Shown here piece after piece: positions 42,502-51,269 of a stretch of DNA of 60,611 bases. The notes beneath the pieces are model-generated. The model was not told where the DNA came from and searched no databases. It was given only the letters and a program-made list of their open reading frames with translations. The translations under genes and the position numbers were made by a program. Origin of the DNA: an uncultured Anaerolineales bacterium. GTDB lineage: Bacteria > Chloroflexota > Anaerolineae > Epilineales > Epilineaceae. How positions within the stretch are numbered: position 1 is the first letter of the stretch; each line of letters begins with the position of its first letter. The DNA lies in contig CAYYVH010000001.1 of NCBI GenBank assembly GCA_964475075.1, positions 1-60,611 of the forward strand, read 5' to 3'.

Positions 42502-43140
42502 ATGGTGAATCAGGATGACCGAGCGGGCAGCGCCGTGATGCTCGAGCAGATCGCGGGCGAGGTGAATAGCTGCACGCTATGCCGTTTGCACCAGAGTGCA
42601 ACCCAGGGGGTGCCCGGGGAGGGCTCTGATGGGGCAGCAGTGATGTTCATCGGAGAGGCCCCCGGCTACCACGAAGACCGGCAGGGTCGTCCGTTCGTTG
42701 GCGCGGCCGGCATGTTATTGGAGGAGCTGCTGGCGGGCATCGGCCTGCGGCGCGAGGACGTGTTCATCACGAACGTCGTCAAGCACCGCCCGCCGGGAAA
42801 CCGGGACCCGCAACCGGATGAGATCGAGACTTGCCAGGGTTTCCTGGAGCGTCAGATCGAGCTGTTGAACCCCATGGTCATTGCTACCCTGGGGCGCTTT
42901 GCCATGGAGCACTTCATGCCCGGCGGCAAGATCAGCCAAGTGCATGGCAAGCCACGGCGCGTCGGGGGCCGGGTCTTCGTGCCTCTGATCCATCCGGCGG
43001 CGGCTCTCCATCGCGGCAGCTGGCGCCCGCAACTCGAGGCCGACTTCCAGGCTCTCAGGCAGGTGTTGGAGGATACTCCCGGCGATGCCGTCGATCCGAT
43101 CCCGGCCGAACCGCCGGCTGAACAGCTGAGCCTGTTCTAG
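42502..43140 (+). CDS. uracil-DNA glycosylase, family 4
   Basis: 212 aa from ATG 42502. CTLCRL, FIGEAPGYHEDRQGRPFVGAAG, and a HPAAAL-type motif. Confidence 0.88.
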   Translation: MVNQDDRAGSAVMLEQIAGEVNSCTLCRLHQSATQGVPGEGSDGAAVMFIGEAPGYHEDRQGRPFVGAAGMLLEELLAGIGLRREDVFITNVVKHRPPGNRDPQPDEIETCQGFLERQIELLNPMVIATLGRFAMEHFMPGGKISQVHGKPRRVGGRVFVPLIHPAAALHRGSWRPQLEADFQALRQVLEDTPGDAVDPIPAEPPAEQLSLF

Positions 43141-43183
43141 TGCTCCGCCACATGAGAACGAAAACGTACCGGCTCATCGTGAT

Positions 43184-44875
43184 GTGGCGGAGCACCGGTT
43201 GCCTGACATAAAGCGAGAGAATCCCGTGGCTGATGAACTCCTACGCATCATACCCCTGGGCGGCATGGGTGAGGTGGGCCGCAACCTGACCGTGATCGAG
43301 TATGGCGGGGACATCGTCGTGGTGGACTGCGGCCTGATGTTCCCCCAGAGTGACATGCCGGGGGTCGATCTCGTCGTGCCCAACTTCAGCTACCTGGTGG
43401 AGCATGCTGACCGGATCCTCGCGTACGTGATCACTCACGGGCACGAGGATCATATCGGCGCGCTGCCCTATGCCCTGCCACATGCGCCGGCACCGGTCTA
43501 CGCCACGCGGCTGACCCGTGGCCTGATCGAGGTTCGCCTCAAGGAGCACGGTCTGCTCGACTCTGCCGAGCTGGTGACCGTGACCACCGACGACGTGATC
43601 GAGTTGGGTCCGTTTCGGGTCGAGCCGTTTCGGGTCAGCCACTCGATTCCCGATGCGGTCGGATTGGCCATCGACACGCCGCTGGGCCTCGTGGTGCACA
43701 CGGGGGAGTACAAGTTCGACCTGACGCCAGTGGACAGCCACGTGACCGACATCCACAAGCTGGCCGAATTCGGTCGCTGCGGCGCGCTCGTGCTGCTATC
43801 CGACAGCACCAACGCCGAGCGGGCGGGACACACACCGTCGGAGGCAACCGTCCGCGATGCGCTCCAGCGCGTCTTCGAACGGGCCCAGGGACGGATCATT
43901 ATCGCCACCTTCGCCTCGAACATCTCCCGGGTGCAGGAGATCATCAATGCAGCTCGTAGCTTCGACCGCAAGGTGGGCATGGTCGGGCGTTCGATGGAGA
44001 ACAACACGGCCATGGCGCGTAAACTCGGCTATCTCCGTGCCGACGATGGGCGGATTCTGGGCGTGCGGGAGCTGGAGGACCTGCCGGACGAGGAGGTTGT
44101 GATCTGCTGCACGGGAACGCAGGGCGAGCCCACCTCGGCGCTGGTGCGAATGGCCAACGATGACCACCGTGACATCACCCTGAAAGAGGGTGATACGGTG
44201 GTGCTCTCGGCCACGCCGATCCCTGGCAATGAGGAGTTGGTGCACCGCACGCTGAACAACCTGTTCCGCCGGGGGGCCAACGTGCTCTACCAGGCTCTGA
44301 CTCCCGTGCACGTCTCGGGGCATGCCAGCCGCGAGGAACAGAAGCTCATGCTGCGCCTGATCTCCCCGCGCTACTTCGTACCGAACGGCGGCGAGTACCG
44401 CATGTTGGTGCTGCACGCGGGGCTGGCCGAGGAGCTGGGGATGCGTGCCGAGGACATCTTCGTAATAGAGAATGGCCAAGTGCTGGAGCTCGATGGGCAG
44501 AGCGCGCGTTTGGGCGAGGAGGTCGACGGCGGCCTGGTCTATGTGGACGGTTTGGGAGTAGGCGACGTTGGCCAGGTGGTCCTCCGTGATCGCCACCACC
44601 TTGCCCGCGATGGCTTCGTAGTGGTCGTGGTGGCCATAGAAGCCAAGACCGGGAAGCTCGCTCGCGAGCCCGAGGTCCTGACGCGGGGGTTTGTCTACCT
44701 GCGTGAGGCGAGCGGGCTGATCGAGGACATGCGCCACTTCGTGGTCGAGCTGGTCGAGCAGACCCACGGGGCGCACGATGTAATAAGCGATGACATCCGT
44801 GATGAGTTGGGGCGCTTCATCTACAAGCGCACGAAGCGCCGACCGATGGTGCTGCCCATGGTGCTGGAGGTCTGA
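43184..44875 (+). CDS. rnj: ribonuclease J
   Basis: 563 aa. LRIIPLGGMGEVGRN, metallo-beta-lactamase HGHEDHIG, beta-CASP and C-terminal domain. The exact start (GTG 43184) is uncertain. Confidence 0.92.
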   Translation: MAEHRLPDIKRENPVADELLRIIPLGGMGEVGRNLTVIEYGGDIVVVDCGLMFPQSDMPGVDLVVPNFSYLVEHADRILAYVITHGHEDHIGALPYALPHAPAPVYATRLTRGLIEVRLKEHGLLDSAELVTVTTDDVIELGPFRVEPFRVSHSIPDAVGLAIDTPLGLVVHTGEYKFDLTPVDSHVTDIHKLAEFGRCGALVLLSDSTNAERAGHTPSEATVRDALQRVFERAQGRIIIATFASNISRVQEIINAARSFDRKVGMVGRSMENNTAMARKLGYLRADDGRILGVRELEDLPDEEVVICCTGTQGEPTSALVRMANDDHRDITLKEGDTVVLSATPIPGNEELVHRTLNNLFRRGANVLYQALTPVHVSGHASREEQKLMLRLISPRYFVPNGGEYRMLVLHAGLAEELGMRAEDIFVIENGQVLELDGQSARLGEEVDGGLVYVDGLGVGDVGQVVLRDRHHLARDGFVVVVVAIEAKTGKLAREPEVLTRGFVYLREASGLIEDMRHFVVELVEQTHGAHDVISDDIRDELGRFIYKRTKRRPMVLPMVLEV

Positions 44876-44878
44876 GCC

Positions 44879-44917
44879 GGTACGACAGACGCCATCCTCG
44901 GCTGGTCGTACCTTTTT
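44879..44917 (+). terminator. intrinsic terminator after rnj
   Basis: GGTACGAC..(18 nt)..GTCGTACC followed by TTTTT. Confidence 0.7.
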
Positions 44918-45129
44918 CGGACCGGTATCGTCTTTATTTGCCCCTGGCCGTAAGAGACTGTAACCTTAGTACATCAGAATTACAGAAGAACCGGTTGTAC
45001 GGACGGTTCTTTGCACCACACAACTATCTCCTCCTCCTTGCAGGAAGGGGCCGGGCCAGGGGCAGGCCCGGCTCCTTCATAATGTATGGGGCATGGGTGA
45101 TGGGTAACCGGAGGTCGCCCGTCAACTCC

Positions 45130-46626
45130 TCACGAGGCGCCTTCCGCGCCGATGAGCCCAATGGCGCTCATCGCCAGGGCCACGATCAGCCAAAGCAGCG
45201 CGAAGGCGTGGGGGTAGGTGAAGAAGTAGTGGTCGGCCATGCCACTGGTAAGGGCTGCCGTCAGTGCGGCGAGGCAGCCCAGGAGGACCGCCCGCAGTCC
45301 ACCCGGCGCCATTCGGTGCCAGGCGACGGCGATGCGCGTCAAGACCGCACCGATGAGTCCGAGGAACGCCGCCAGGCCTACGAGGCCCATGGTTTCGGCG
45401 ATGATCAGGTACAGGTTCGACACGCCGCGATAGAGGTCTACATCGCGCACGTCGCCGAAGCCCACACCAAAGGCCGGATAGCGCTGGATCAGTTGCAGCG
45501 CGTCCCGGTACTCGCCCAGCCGCATCTGAGTCGCCCTGTCGGCCGCGACGAGACCGGCCGCGAAGTGATCCACATAGGCCGCCGTCCACGGGATCAGCCG
45601 CGCCAGGGCCAGTGCACCGATGGATGCCAGCAGGACCATTGTCAGCAGCCGCCGGTCGCGCACCAATCCTATGACGACCACGGCTGCCGCCAACCCGGCG
45701 AGGGAGCCGCGGGAGACGGTGGCCACCAGCGCGACCGTCATGATGGCCGCCATGACGCCGGCCGCTCTGCGGGGGATGAGTGGGGACCGGCTGATGATCT
45801 GAGGCAGCAAGAGGGCCGTGACCACGGCTAGCATCCCGCCGAAGGAGTTGGGGTCGATAGAGGTTCCGGTGGCACGCTGGAGCCGTGCCGGGTCGTCATT
45901 GATGTAGCGCAGCACGCCGGGTCCGCTCGGGTAGTCCACGACCCGCAGCAGGGAGAGGACCCTGACCTCGAGCGTGTCGGGCAGCACGTACAGCCCCAAC
46001 CCCAGGCAGGCGGCCAGGAATCCAAGCGTCACGAGCGCGAGGAAGACGCGCCGTAGGCCGGCGCGGTCCTCCATGAGGTGAGCGACGACGAAGAACAGCC
46101 CGGCCCCGAGTACGAGCTCGCCGAAGACTCGGATCTGGTTCTTCGTCGGCATGCCGTGGGCTACCCCGGCCAGTAGCGCGGTGGCGGCCAGCCCGATGAA
46201 AAGGAGCACTCCGGGTGATAGCGGCGGCCAGCGGAATGCGGTCTGCTCGCGGGTGGCGATCCGCACCACCCAGATCAAGTACAGCATGCCCAGGGCCAGA
46301 TCGAGGAACGTGGGGTTGAAGCCGATACCCAGCGGAATGGCGCCGAAGGGGATGAGGATAATGACGGCCAGCACGGCCACGAAGGCCGCATCGATGTCGT
46401 GCAGAACGAAGGGCGTAATGCCCAGTGCGACGACGGCGGCAACGGCGACGAGGGGGTGCACGAAGACGATGGCGGCCGCCCCGAGGACGACCAGGAGGGC
46501 CCCGCCAATGAGGATTGCCCGCTGGGCAGCTGTGGGATCGTCGGCCAGCACCCGCTCGATCGAGATCACGGCCCGAATGCTAGGGTGCCCCGGAGCGCGC
46601 GTCAAGAACTCGACCCACTGGTCCAC
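45130..46626 (-). CDS. O-antigen ligase/polymerase-like (Wzy_C family) membrane protein
   Basis: 498 aa with at least 10 TM helices. Central loop ..TVSRGSLAGLAAAVVVIGLV.. and overall topology are typical of O-antigen ligase-like proteins. Confidence 0.7.
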   Translation of the reverse strand: MDQWVEFLTRAPGHPSIRAVISIERVLADDPTAAQRAILIGGALLVVLGAAAIVFVHPLVAVAAVVALGITPFVLHDIDAAFVAVLAVIILIPFGAIPLGIGFNPTFLDLALGMLYLIWVVRIATREQTAFRWPPLSPGVLLFIGLAATALLAGVAHGMPTKNQIRVFGELVLGAGLFFVVAHLMEDRAGLRRVFLALVTLGFLAACLGLGLYVLPDTLEVRVLSLLRVVDYPSGPGVLRYINDDPARLQRATGTSIDPNSFGGMLAVVTALLLPQIISRSPLIPRRAAGVMAAIMTVALVATVSRGSLAGLAAAVVVIGLVRDRRLLTMVLLASIGALALARLIPWTAAYVDHFAAGLVAADRATQMRLGEYRDALQLIQRYPAFGVGFGDVRDVDLYRGVSNLYLIIAETMGLVGLAAFLGLIGAVLTRIAVAWHRMAPGGLRAVLLGCLAALTAALTSGMADHYFFTYPHAFALLWLIVALAMSAIGLIGAEGAS

Positions 46627-46698
46627 CGCACATCGGTTGACACCGACGGCGGGGATGCTATCCTAGTGCTCCGCCAGTCTGCCCTAGATGACCAGCCC

Positions 46699-48972
46699 AT
46701 GACTGTTAGAAAGCTGTTCGCCTTCCTCCTGCTACTTTCCCCGGTGGCGGTCGTTGTTCAGGTGGCGCTCGACCCGGATCTGTGGTGGCATCTGCGGTCC
46801 GGAGAGTATGTGGTTGAGTTTGGCATTCCCGACCATGATCCCGGCTTTTCCTTCACCGCTGCTGACCAAAAGTGGTTCATGCATGAGTGGCTCTCAGACG
46901 TTGTGGTGTACTTGATTCATCAGTCCGTCGGTCTGTGGGGATTGAGTCTGGTGTTTGCGGCCGTTGTGGCGGTGACGTTTGCGCTGATGTATTGGACCAG
47001 TGTAGGGCGGCCGTACCTGGCTGGGTTCATCGCCTTCTGGGGACTTGTCACCACTGCGCCGTTCGTGAATGCGCGCCCGCAGATGCTCAATATTCTCTTC
47101 GCGGCCGCCTTCGTCACCATTGTCGAACGGTTCAAGGATGGGCACTTGTCCCACCGGTGGCTATGGTTGTTGCCTGCCCTGACGGTCGCCTGGGCCAATG
47201 CGCACAGTGGCTTCTTGTTGGGTATCGCTATTCTGGGCGTTTACGTCGTCGGCAGTTCTGTACAGCTGTTTTTCCCAGGTGGTGATAGACGTGAACTGGC
47301 TTGGCCGGATATTCGGTATCTTGCAGCTGTGACGGCGGTGTCTTTCCTGGTTTCGATCATCAACCCCAACACGTATAGGCTGTGGCTCTATCCGTTTTCG
47401 ACGACATTGGCGAGCAAGGCGATGCAGACATACATCGCCGAATGGCAATCCCCTGATTTTCATGTGTGGTATTTTTGGATCTTCGGCCTGATGCTATTGA
47501 CTGCATTGGTTTCATTGAGCTTAAGCAAAACTGCACCTACCGTGACCGATCTACTCTTCCTGGTTGGCTCCGGGGCGGCCGGGTTGCAGTCGATACGCCA
47601 CATCCCGATTTTTTCGGTCGTCGCCATCCCAATCATGTGCCGCCACCTGTTGAGCGCCGCCGAGGGAACGCGCCTGTACGGCGTTCTTAGCGGCGAGAAG
47701 CCGGAACAGCCGTTGTCGCCCATGATGTCTCGATTCAACCTGTTGTTTGCCGGTGCTGCTGTTCTGGTGGCCAGCTCTTGGACGGTGCGCGTGTTGTCGC
47801 AAACTGATGAGGGGATTCGAGCCGTCTATCCGGTTGCGGCCGTGGACTACCTGGAGCGAACCGGCCGTGCGGACGCACGCATTTTCAACGACTATGGGTG
47901 GGGCGGTTACCTGATCTGGCGGGGCATCCCGGTGTTCATTGACGGTCGCGCCGATTTGTACGGTGACGATTTCATTTTTCAGTACCAGAAGACAAACAAC
48001 GTCGAGAAGGATTGGCGTGTCCCCCTTGATGAGTTCGAAGTGGATTATGTGCTTGTCCGCGGGGACAGCCCCCTGGCGGCGCTTCTCACGGAAAGCCAGC
48101 AGTGGCAGTCGATCTACGATGATGGCTTGGCCCAGATCTTCGATCGTGTTGCCGGGAGTTCCGCGCGCGAAGCGATCCCCCCGGGTCCAGTCGTCGCACC
48201 GCTTGAGCTACCATCCGGTGCGGTGCCGTCTGCGACAACGACGGCAACCGGCCGCCGGCCGGAGTCGGGCGCGCGTGCCGAGAGGCTCAGGGTGGATGTC
48301 CTTGGCGTACGGCCGCACGATCCGGCGGCCTTCACGCAGGGGCTCGTGTGGCACGCCGGGGCGCTCTACGAGAGCACGGGTCAGTACGGCCAGTCCACGC
48401 TCCGTGAGGTGGACCCGGCGACGGGCGAGGTCCGACGGCAGATCGAGCTGCCGCCCGAGCAGTTCGGTGAGGGGCTGGCCCTCATCGGCGATCGCCTCGT
48501 CCAGGTGACTTGGAGGGAGCACGTGGCCTCTGTCTATGACAGGCGTACGTTCGAGCTGATCGATGAGTTCGGCTACGAGACGGAAGGATGGGGTTTGTGC
48601 TTCGACGGTGAGCAGCTCGTGATGAGCGACGGCAGCCCAAACCTCTACTTCCGCGACCCCGACACGTTTGAGATCGTGGGTAGGATCGCGGTGACGCTCG
48701 ATGGCGTGCCGCTGGGGCGGCTGAACGAGCTGGAGTGCGTCGGGGATGTGGTCTATGCCAACGTCTGGCAGACTGATTTGATCGCCAGGGTCAACAAGGG
48801 GACGGGGGCAGTTGAAGCGGCGATCGATGCGTCCGGGCTGCTGACGGGTTCCGAGGCCCAAGGAGCGGATGTGCTGAACGGCATCGCGTTCGATTCCCGG
48901 AACAATACGTTCCTGATCACCGGGAAGTGGTGGCCGAAGCTGTTCGAGGTGCGGTTCGTTCCGGCCGAATGA
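46699..48972 (+). CDS. fusion: GT-C-like polytopic membrane domain + C-terminal glutaminyl-peptide cyclotransferase (beta-propeller type)
   Basis: 757 aa from ATG 46699. The N-terminal part is paralogous to 20500-21993. The C-terminal part from about 48285 (HDPAAFTQGLVWHAGALYESTGQYGQSTLREVD..GEGLALIGDRLVQVTW..GWGLCFDG..NELECVGDVVYANVW..VLNGIAFD) is characteristic of plant/bacterial-type glutamine cyclotransferases. Confidence 0.8.
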   Translation: MTVRKLFAFLLLLSPVAVVVQVALDPDLWWHLRSGEYVVEFGIPDHDPGFSFTAADQKWFMHEWLSDVVVYLIHQSVGLWGLSLVFAAVVAVTFALMYWTSVGRPYLAGFIAFWGLVTTAPFVNARPQMLNILFAAAFVTIVERFKDGHLSHRWLWLLPALTVAWANAHSGFLLGIAILGVYVVGSSVQLFFPGGDRRELAWPDIRYLAAVTAVSFLVSIINPNTYRLWLYPFSTTLASKAMQTYIAEWQSPDFHVWYFWIFGLMLLTALVSLSLSKTAPTVTDLLFLVGSGAAGLQSIRHIPIFSVVAIPIMCRHLLSAAEGTRLYGVLSGEKPEQPLSPMMSRFNLLFAGAAVLVASSWTVRVLSQTDEGIRAVYPVAAVDYLERTGRADARIFNDYGWGGYLIWRGIPVFIDGRADLYGDDFIFQYQKTNNVEKDWRVPLDEFEVDYVLVRGDSPLAALLTESQQWQSIYDDGLAQIFDRVAGSSAREAIPPGPVVAPLELPSGAVPSATTTATGRRPESGARAERLRVDVLGVRPHDPAAFTQGLVWHAGALYESTGQYGQSTLREVDPATGEVRRQIELPPEQFGEGLALIGDRLVQVTWREHVASVYDRRTFELIDEFGYETEGWGLCFDGEQLVMSDGSPNLYFRDPDTFEIVGRIAVTLDGVPLGRLNELECVGDVVYANVWQTDLIARVNKGTGAVEAAIDASGLLTGSEAQGADVLNGIAFDSRNNTFLITGKWWPKLFEVRFVPAE

Positions 48973-50522
48973 TGCCGTTCCTGGCCGCACTGCCGATTCT
49001 GGTGGTGCTGGGGCTAATGGTCGGCTTGGGCTGGGGCGGGTCCAAGGCGGGTCCGGCGGGGTGGCTGGCGGCGTTGGTCGTGGCCGGCCTCTTCTTCGGG
49101 GGGGGAGCGGAGCTGCTGTTCTACAGCCAGCTCAAGGCGCTCTTCCTCAGCCTGTTCGTGCTCTACATCATCTGGTTCGCGCTGGCGTTGTCCTACGTGG
49201 TGCGCGAAGCAGGGGCGCTGGATGCGATCAGCACGGGCGTGGCACGCTTGACGGCCGACCGGACGATGCAGCTATTGATCCTGAGCTGGGTGTTTTCCTC
49301 TTTCGTGCAGGGCGTCACCGGCTTCGGCGTACCGGTGGCGGTGGTGGCGCCGCTCCTCATCGGGCTGGGCTTCCCGGCCGTCACCAGCGTCGTCGCCGCT
49401 AGCCTGGGGCACGCCTGGGCGGTAACGTTCGGCAGCGTAGCCTCGTCCATCTACGCCTTGATCGCCGTTACCGGTTTGGATGCGCCGACGCTGGTGCCGT
49501 GGTCGGCGGCCATGCTGGGCGTGACGTGCATTCTCTGCGGGCTGGTACCCGCATACCTCCACCGTGGTTGGTCCTCGCTGCGCCACGGATTGCCGGCGGT
49601 ACTCATCATCGGCGCGGTCATGGCCGGCGTGCAGTATGCCGTGGCGGCGAGCCGGCTGTGGAGCCTGGCGTCGTTCCTGGCAGCCATGGCCGGGTTGCTC
49701 GCCGCCGGCGCCCTGACGCGCCTGCCGGGCTATCAGGGTACGGACGAGGAGCAGGATTCCAACCGCGCCCATACGGATGACACCGGGCGGATGAGCCTCC
49801 TATCGGCGCTCGCGGCGTACCTGGCCCTCCTCGCCGTGGTCATCGTGGCCAAGCTGGTGTCCCCGGTTGGTGAGCTGGTTGACCTGGTGCAGCTGAGCTT
49901 CGATTTCCCGGAATCGCGAACCGCCTTGGGTTGGGTGAACCCGGCCGGACCCACCCGTCCTCTGAGCGTTTTCGGCCACACCGGTGCATTGATCGGCTAC
50001 AGCTCGGTGATCGCCTACGTCATCTACCGGCGCCAGGGGTGCTATCGCCCTGGCGCGCTGCGTCAGATCGTCGGCCAGACGGTGCGAACTTCCGTCAGGC
50101 CTACGGTGGGAATCACGTTCCTGGTCGGCATGGCCCTCTTCATGGCCGACAGCGGCATGACCTTTTCGCTGGCGGAGGGACTCGGCCGCGCCGTGGGCCC
50201 AGCCTTCCCGCTCCTCGCCCCCTTCATCGGTGCGCTGGGGGCATTCGTGACGGGCAGCAACACGAACTCGAACGTCCTCTTCGCCGGGTTGCAGCAGCAG
50301 ACGGCGGAGATGCTCGGGGTGAGCGGCCTGATCATCCTGGGGGCGCAGAATGTGGGCGGGGCGGTGGGCAGCGTGGCCGCTCCCGCCAAGGTGATCGTCG
50401 GCTGCAGCACCGCTGGGCTGGCCGATCAGGAAGGGCGGGTGCTACGGCTGAACCTCGTCTACACGCTGATCATCGTCGCCCTCACCGGCGTGTTGACCGT
50501 CGCGTTGACGTTGGTGTTCTGA
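48969..50522 (+). CDS. lctP: L-lactate/glycolate permease family transporter
   Basis: 517 aa from ATG 48969 (ATGA overlap with the upstream gene). LctP-type sequence (FVQGVTGFGVPVAVVAPLLIGLGF.., GALGAFVTGSNTNSNVLF). Confidence 0.85.
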   Translation: MMPFLAALPILVVLGLMVGLGWGGSKAGPAGWLAALVVAGLFFGGGAELLFYSQLKALFLSLFVLYIIWFALALSYVVREAGALDAISTGVARLTADRTMQLLILSWVFSSFVQGVTGFGVPVAVVAPLLIGLGFPAVTSVVAASLGHAWAVTFGSVASSIYALIAVTGLDAPTLVPWSAAMLGVTCILCGLVPAYLHRGWSSLRHGLPAVLIIGAVMAGVQYAVAASRLWSLASFLAAMAGLLAAGALTRLPGYQGTDEEQDSNRAHTDDTGRMSLLSALAAYLALLAVVIVAKLVSPVGELVDLVQLSFDFPESRTALGWVNPAGPTRPLSVFGHTGALIGYSSVIAYVIYRRQGCYRPGALRQIVGQTVRTSVRPTVGITFLVGMALFMADSGMTFSLAEGLGRAVGPAFPLLAPFIGALGAFVTGSNTNSNVLFAGLQQQTAEMLGVSGLIILGAQNVGGAVGSVAAPAKVIVGCSTAGLADQEGRVLRLNLVYTLIIVALTGVLTVALTLVF

Positions 50523-50940
50523 CCGGGCGGTCGTTCAGCCGTCCGTCGGGGAACCACCGGGGATCGGCCACGCCGAGGGGTAGGTCCGTGAGCCGCTCGG
50601 GCTCCCCGCCGTCCAGCGACATGAGGTGGAGCTGGGGCTTGTCGGGATGCTTCGGGCCGCCCAGCTTGTTGTCCCCGCCGTTCTCGGACTTGCGCACGAA
50701 GGCCAGCCGCCGCCCGTCAGGGCTGACGGCAGGCTGCTCGCTGGATACCTCGGCTGAGGTCTGGGGCCGTGCGTCTCCACCGTCGTCGGGAACCCACCAG
50801 AGGCGCGTCGTCCCCTTGTTGGCTTCCATGTCGTAGGTGGTCACCGGTACGATAGCGAAGCTGCCGTCGGGGGCCGGCGCCGGCACGCCCACGCGCGGCA
50901 GGGCCCACAGGTCTTCGACGGTCATGGTTCGGTGTGGCAT
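50482..50940 (-). pseudogene. S9-family (acylaminoacyl/prolyl oligopeptidase-like) peptidase, N-terminal beta-propeller fragment only
   Basis: MTVEDLWALPRVG..SPDGRRLAFV..LHLMSLDGGEPERLTDLPLGVADPRWFPDGR matches S9 N-termini for about 134 aa. It then turns into an Arg-rich tail that overlaps the lctP 3-prime end. The catalytic domain is absent. Confidence 0.55.
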
Positions 50941-51144
50941 ATCACAGCCTCCTTGCGATCACGCTGTCCTATCGAACGGCTGGGCTTTTCGGCCAGCACA
51001 GGTGGCGGTGAGCCCGCCACGGGTGTCGGTCACCGCTCCCCGGACGCGGCTACTGGGACGGGCCGATGGCCGCCAGATCTGTACGGCCGGCTAAGGCCGG
51101 ATGCAGCGGTGGCCGAATTGCCGGGATTATTTGTTGACACGCCC

Positions 51145-51240
51145 CTAGGGCTCGTCGGTTGGGAACTCAGGTGGTTGGCAAGCAGCCGTTGCCAGGACCA
51201 AGACCAACATCGGCGCCAGTACGAGGGAACGGCTGAACAT
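51145..51240 (-). CDS. 31-aa micro-lipoprotein candidate downstream of the S8 peptidase
   Basis: RBS GAGGAGGAGAGG, 5 nt, then ATG 51240. MFSRSLVLAPMLVLVLATAAC/QPPEFPTDEP with a lipobox LATAAC. 29 nt after the peptidase stop on the same strand. Confidence 0.35.
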   Translation of the reverse strand: MFSRSLVLAPMLVLVLATAACQPPEFPTDEP

Positions 51241-51269
51241 GGTGGCCTCTCCTCCTCGGGGATCACTGC

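Noticed and set aside
44938-45831. 297-aa plus-strand ORF
   Set aside because: It is antisense to the O-antigen-ligase-like membrane protein. Its composition is Arg/Gly/Asp/Gln-rich.
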